Source: Eledone cirrhosa
Taxonomy: Eukaryota
DNA: 64,000 nt
Direction of reading: 5' to 3'
NCBI GenBank assembly: GCA_964016885.1
Contig: OZ024740.1
Location: 29,884,001 to 29,948,000, forward strand
Positions 58,642-64,000 of this stretch are shown piece after piece. Both the position numbers and the translations under genes were made by a program. How positions within the stretch are numbered: the first letter of the stretch is position 1; each line of letters starts with the position of its first letter. The notes beneath the pieces are model-generated. The model was not told the DNA's origin. It did not search any database and was given only the letters and a program-made list of their open reading frames with translations.

Positions 58642-58929
58642 CAAATAACGAAACAAAATTAAATTTCGTTTCGTTTGTAACTCACTTTCGTATGACTGAC
58701 GCTTAAACAATTAAGTTAAAAATGTACATCCACATATGTATACTGAAATACTAGTATGCATATGAATACACACACGTATACATATGTAGATGTACCGATT
58801 TTTTCACTGGTCACTTTACTGTGAGTGACCAGCTATTCTGTATGTAAACACACAGACAAACCGGTTTTTAGAGTCATACTGGTTTTTGAGGAAACACCTT
58901 TCCTCTATTCTCCAGAAAGCCAGACAAGG

Positions 58930-58974
58930 AATATTGAACTAGTTTCGTTGTTGTTACAACTCATCAGCAATATT
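58930..58974 (-). ncRNA. Minimal type I hammerhead ribozyme
   Basis: Exact reverse complement of 59219-59263. Confidence 0.88.
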
Positions 58975-59218
58975 TACCTATCTTCCGGCCTTTCTAGAGA
59001 ATCGTAAAAGCACATATCGTTATATGCTTTTTCTATGAAAATTAGTAGTGGGCAGACTAATTTGCATAGAGCGTTTCGTTATTTGTTTTTATCGTCTCCG
59101 TTGAACCGGTACGTACTCACGCTCTATGCAAATTAGTCTGCCCACTACTAATTTTCATAGAAAAAGCATATAACGATATGTGCTTTTACGATTCTCTAGA
59201 AAGGCCGGAAGATAGGTA

Positions 59219-59263
59219 AATATTGCTGATGAGTTGTAACAACAACGAAACTAGTTCAATATT
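59219..59263 (+). ncRNA. Minimal type I hammerhead ribozyme
   Basis: AATATTG-CTGATGA-GTTGT(AACA)ACAAC-GAAA-CTAG-TT-CAATATT: canonical core, 7-bp stem I, 5-bp stem II, palindromic stem III. Confidence 0.9.
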
Positions 59264-59478
59264 CCTTGTCTGGCTTTCTGAAGAATAGAGGAAAGGTGTT
59301 TCCTCAAAAACCAGTATGACTCTAAAAACCGGTTTGTCTGTGTGTTTACATACAGAATAGCTGGTCACTCACAGTAAAGTGACCAGTGAAAAAATCGGTA
59401 CATCTACATATGTATACGTGTGTGTATTCATATGCATACTAGTATTTCAGTATACATATGTGGATGTACATTTTTAAC

Positions 59479-59562
<84 letters not shown>

Positions 59563-59767
59563 GTGTATATATGCATGTTTATTTGAATATATATATATAT
59601 ATATATATGTGTATATATGCATGTTTATTTGAATATATATATATATATATGTGTATATATATATCTATGTTTATTTGTATATATATATGTGTATATATAT
59701 ATATGTATATATTTATGTATATGTATATATATATATATATATGAATATGTATATGTGTATATACATA

Positions 59768-59820
<53 letters not shown>

Positions 59821-59839
59821 GAATATGTGTATATATAAT

Positions 59840-59966
59840 AATAATTGTTTCTACTTTTTGGCACAAGGCCAGCAATTACTGGTACTTTATTTTATCGACC
59901 CCGTAATGATGAAAGCAAAGTTAACCTCGGCGGGATTTGAACTCAGATCATAAAGGGGCGTAACTC
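59840..59966 (-). mobile_element. Partial SINE (family of 6697-6877)
   Basis: Reverse complement: CTGAGTTCAAATCCCGCCGAGGTTAACTTT..GGGGTCGATAAAATAAAGTACC..CTGGCCTTGTGCC. Confidence 0.82.
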
Positions 59967-60297
59967 TACAACTATAAACAGGAAAGGTAAGTAATTCATT
60001 TCTACCTTATTACCCGTAAGAAAAATAGTTCAATATAAATACATCAGATGTTTTACAGAGCACGAATAGGAGGTTAATTATATGTACAAACATTGCTAGT
60101 GCTCCGATGATTCCAAACGAAAGTTTGGAAGAAATGATTGTCTGCAATAAAATGATTTGAACATACCTTTGATTATTGTGTAATTTATATGTGTATATAT
60201 GTAAATGTGCACATATGCATGTACATGTGTATATATATATATATGTGTGTATGTATATATATATATGTGTGTATGTATATATATATATGTGTGTATG

Positions 60298-60371
<74 letters not shown>

Positions 60372-60372
<1 letters not shown>

Positions 60373-61342
60373 TAGCAGATTTACCCGGCGTTGCCCGGGT
60401 TTGAAATTATGCTAAGAATATACAGTTAGGAAGTAAAAGAAGAACATTATTTGTCCCCAACCTGTCAAAATAAGCAGAAGTCTTCAATAATTAATGCAAA
60501 CGATGTATTTTATAGATTTAATCGAATTACAGTATTCTACGTTGATGTGTGCATAAAAAATCGTTATAAGGAGTGGATTATATGGAACAACCCATCTGTT
60601 GTCAACCTCATGTTTTCCAACCCTTGCTATGAATCCACCATCTTCGGGTCTTCTCCAGCGATATAGTGGGTATCCCTCATGACCAGTCTGAGTGTCAACA
60701 TGGCTTATGAAAGTTTTCAAAATGTAAACGTTGTAGTCCCAATGGTTTGAATGGAAAGTCCCATAACGATTGTTCTAAAAATAAACAAACCATCATCAAA
60801 ATCTCGTCAATTCGAGACTGCTGCGAGATTAGGCCCTTAACGCGAAAATTAACACTTAATATAGTGAAACAAGTTATAACAATAAGTGTTTTTTTTAACT
60901 TTGAAAGTGCAACAAATTTTTTTACCGCGAAAATTAACAGTTAATATCGTGAAACAAGTTAAAACAACAAGTGTTTTTTAACTTTGAAAGTGCAACAAAG
61001 AATAAACAAGAAACAAACGATAATATTAGTGATTTATCTTCAAATGAATCTGATGTTTATATTTCTGTCAATAAAGTTGGTTATCTCCCTTTTTTATAAG
61101 GATTGTCAATAAAGTTAGTTATCTCCCTTACATCAATTTTGCTACCGATAATTTTGATATCGATTTTTCATTGCTCAACATGGGTCGATTTGAAAAATGT
61201 TTGTGTTGTGACCATCTTAGCGACCTGTGCAACGTGCACAGAAAATTTGGTCAAATTCAGTTGGTAATTGTAAAAGCCTTAGGTATCCAAACTTGTACAC
61301 AGACACACACACATCCTTACTTTTATATATATAGATAGAAGA
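60372..61342 (-). mobile_element. Non-autonomous Helitron retaining a Rep fragment
   Basis: 5' A|TC at 61342; 3' hairpin CCCGGGCAACGCCGGG then CTAG|T at 60372; Rep remnant; internal ~75-bp duplication 60841-60998. Confidence 0.9.
60484..60720 (-). pseudogene. Helitron Rep-domain fragment
   Basis: GYPLYRWR..DNRWVVPYNPLL..AHINVEYCNSIKSIKY. Confidence 0.88.
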
Positions 61343-61358
61343 TATATATATGTGTGTG

Positions 61359-61441
<83 letters not shown>

Positions 61442-61582
61442 GCGTATATATGTATATATGTGTGTGTATGTGTATATGTGTGTGTATGTAAATGAGTATA
61501 TATATGTATGCATATGTGTATATATGTGTATATGTGTATGTATATGTATGTATATGTATGTATATGTATATATATTTATATG

Positions 61583-61617
<35 letters not shown>

Positions 61618-62020
61618 GTGTATATTTATTTATGTATGTATATATGTGTATATATGAGTGTATATGTATATATAGCTATGTGTATATATAAATGTATATA
61701 TGTATGAATATGTGTATACATTTGTATGTATATGTGTATATATGCATGTATATGTGTATATATTTATATATGTATGTGTATGTACATATATATGCGTGTA
61801 TATATATATGGGTATATGCGTATATATGTATGTATATGTATGTATTTGTGTATATATGTATGTATATATATGTATGCATATGTGTATTTATGTATATGTG
61901 TATAAATATATGTATATATTCATATATGAATGTATAAATGTATATATATGTATGTATATGTGTATAGATTTACGTTTATGTTTATATATGTATGTATATA
62001 TGCACAATATATATGTATAA
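61343..62020. repeat. Degenerate (TA/TG)n low-complexity tract
   Basis: Direct reading. Confidence 0.92.
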
Positions 62021-62108
62021 GCCTATTTAGGTATGAACATGTGAATTGATGTATGTATATTTGTATCTATGTATACGATAGAGAGAGTGAGATTGATAGA
62101 TAGATAGA

Positions 62109-64000
62109 TTTCTATTTATTTGCCACTAGGGCACAAGAGAAAGGGACAAATACACAGAGGGGAGTTTACATAAATGCGAGTAAAGAAAAATGCACAACAA
62201 TGAGAATAACATAATAATAAAAAGTCCTCAAAAGGGAGGGGGCGTGTTGGGGATTGCACATACCCCCGAAAAGTGTGCAACTCTTTTCGCGGGGGAATCC
62301 CAGAGAGGAGGCGCTCCCCCTTTCCTCTTTACTTCTTCACCTACAGAACAATGTAGAGAGAAGGCCCATTTACACGAGCAATTCTCGCTTCTTTCACCCA
62401 CCTTTCATAAAACTGTCTGGGGCCAAGCACTTCTCTCTCCATCCTGATCCTTCTTCCGAAGTGGTATCGGAAGAAGTAAACCAAGTGATGGCCGGAGAGA
62501 AAGTCACCAGACCTCAGACCTTTCAGGCGCGTCCACCACACAACCTCTTTCATCATGGCTATTACGCACAGAAAGACCGCTTCTGCTTCATTTCTGAAGG
62601 GAGGCGGCGGCTTCATGTTCACCACAGACTCGGCGGTCAATCGAATCGGCGCCACACGCGACAGCAGTCGTTCGACGTAGCCCCACAGATCGGCAACGCC
62701 CGGGCAGTCTACCAGTGCATGCGCAACGGTTTCCTCGTCGCGCACGCATCTAGGACAGATCTTTTTCGCGGGATCCCTGCCCGGGCGCCCGTGTCTGTAG
62801 AGCTTTTCTCGAACGGGCAGAGCCCCCCGGTAACATTGCCAGGCTAGGGACCTCTGGAAGTTGTCCATGGGTCCCGGGCCGAAAGTTCTACTGAACAGGC
62901 TGGCCAGTTCGTCCTCCTCCATGCCTAGCGACTCTCCAAGGGTGTCGTCGCCCCTGCTAGCCACCAGCCCTCTATAGAATGTCGAGGGGGACTCTCCAAT
63001 GACAGTCGGGTCCGCTTGCCAGAGAGCCGTGAGCGCCTGGGCACACTCGGTGTGCCAGTTGCCCAGTTTTCTCGGTCTTTGCTTCACCCAGGATTGCAGC
63101 TCGGTGAGCGAGACGAGCTGTGGGAAGGCTCGGCTCACAAACGGGGCCCACACCGGCTGACCGGTGAGGAATACCTGTAGATGCCGTAGCCTCAATGCGT
63201 GCCTACGCATCAACAGCCACGGCATACCCAGCCCTCCTTTCGAAGGGTGCTGGCAGCAGATGGATCTCCTCACCATGGAGGCCGCTTCTTCCAGAGGAAC
63301 TGGAAGAGCATGCATTCCATGATGGTGAGCGTTTCCTTGGGGCAAGGCACGACGGTCAGGCGGTAGCAGATGACGGACGCTATGTAAGCGTTCGTCACCT
63401 CCGCCCGACCTTTCAGTGATAGTTTGCACTTGGCCCACTTCTGGGTCAGCGCAAACACCCTGCTCGTCACCACGCCCCAATTCTTCTCCACCTGGAGGTC
63501 CGGTCCGAACCAGACCCCGAGCAGCTTCACCGGGCCCTCCGTCCACCGCCCGACGACACCGTCTAACGGCATCGGTTTGCCCCTCCACGTTCCGAGTTGC
63601 AAACCGACTGACTTGTCCCGGTTCAGCCTAGCCCCCGTCAGCCTTTCGTATTCCTCCAGTAGGGTGGCGATCGCCCGATTTCCGAGGCGTCCGCCACCAT
63701 TACTGTTACGTTGTCGGCTTAGGCCGAGACCGCTTTGTGCAATCCCGGTTCCAGGAATATGCCCCGCAGCAACTCCAACTTCCGCAGCAGTGGCTCGAGA
63801 GTCAATACGTACAGAAGGGAGGAGAGGGGGCACCCCTGTCTGATGGACCGAGTGATTTGAAACGGCTCCGAGAGGTAGCCGTTTACTTTAATCCTAGAGT
63901 AGATGTTGCCACTGTGCATGGCAGAAATCCAGCCCCTGAAAACGGGCCCGAAGCCCGCCGCCGCTAGCACCGCATCCAGGTAACCATGGTCGACCCTATC
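62109..64000 (-). mobile_element. Tx1/L1-clade LINE 3' half (frameshifted), continuing beyond the window
   Basis: RQGCPLSSLLY, KLLGVWFGPD, CPRC..EETVAHALVDC; stop at 62341; 3' end followed by (TATC)n. Confidence 0.92.

Larger units (their letters stand above)
58709..59484. repeat. 366-bp inverted repeat with 44-bp spacer (fold-back element from ~58636)
   Basis: Arms 58709-59074 and 59119-59484, one mismatch seen. Confidence 0.95.

Noticed and set aside
58825-59368. Two near-identical 60-aa ORFs on opposite strands
   Set aside because: A consequence of the inverted repeat; no coding signature
59982-59992. AG|GAAAG|GTAAGT possible microexon
   Set aside because: Strong donor but no polypyrimidine tract, and it adjoins a SINE; unsupported without RNA data

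Overview
Eukaryotic, AT-rich window made almost entirely of repeats. The SINE types, microsatellite load and retroelement families suggest an octopus/cephalopod genome (inference). No prokaryotic genes, CRISPR, rRNA or tRNA genes were found. Contents: a full-length Tx1/L1-clade LINE with an intact 1139-aa ORF2 plus two partial relatives; CR1, R4/Dong-like and RTE-derived retroelements; a deleted mariner; two Helitron-like elements; several SINEs; a Penelope GIY-YIG remnant; a 25x59-bp minisatellite amplified inside a SINE; and a ~27-kb CA-rich satellite with higher-order repeats. The most notable signal is a set of type I hammerhead ribozyme folds (five sequence families, nine copies, including a U3-A8 core variant and very long stem II variants). 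They lie in short fold-back or terminally repeated elements inserted in (TA)n. Each retroelement family also sits in its own microsatellite, often one that looks like the tail of another family. The only host-gene-like signal is a candidate bidirectional promoter at ~19.5-19.95 kb. Nearly all long ORFs between 20 and 62 kb are artefacts of simple repeats.
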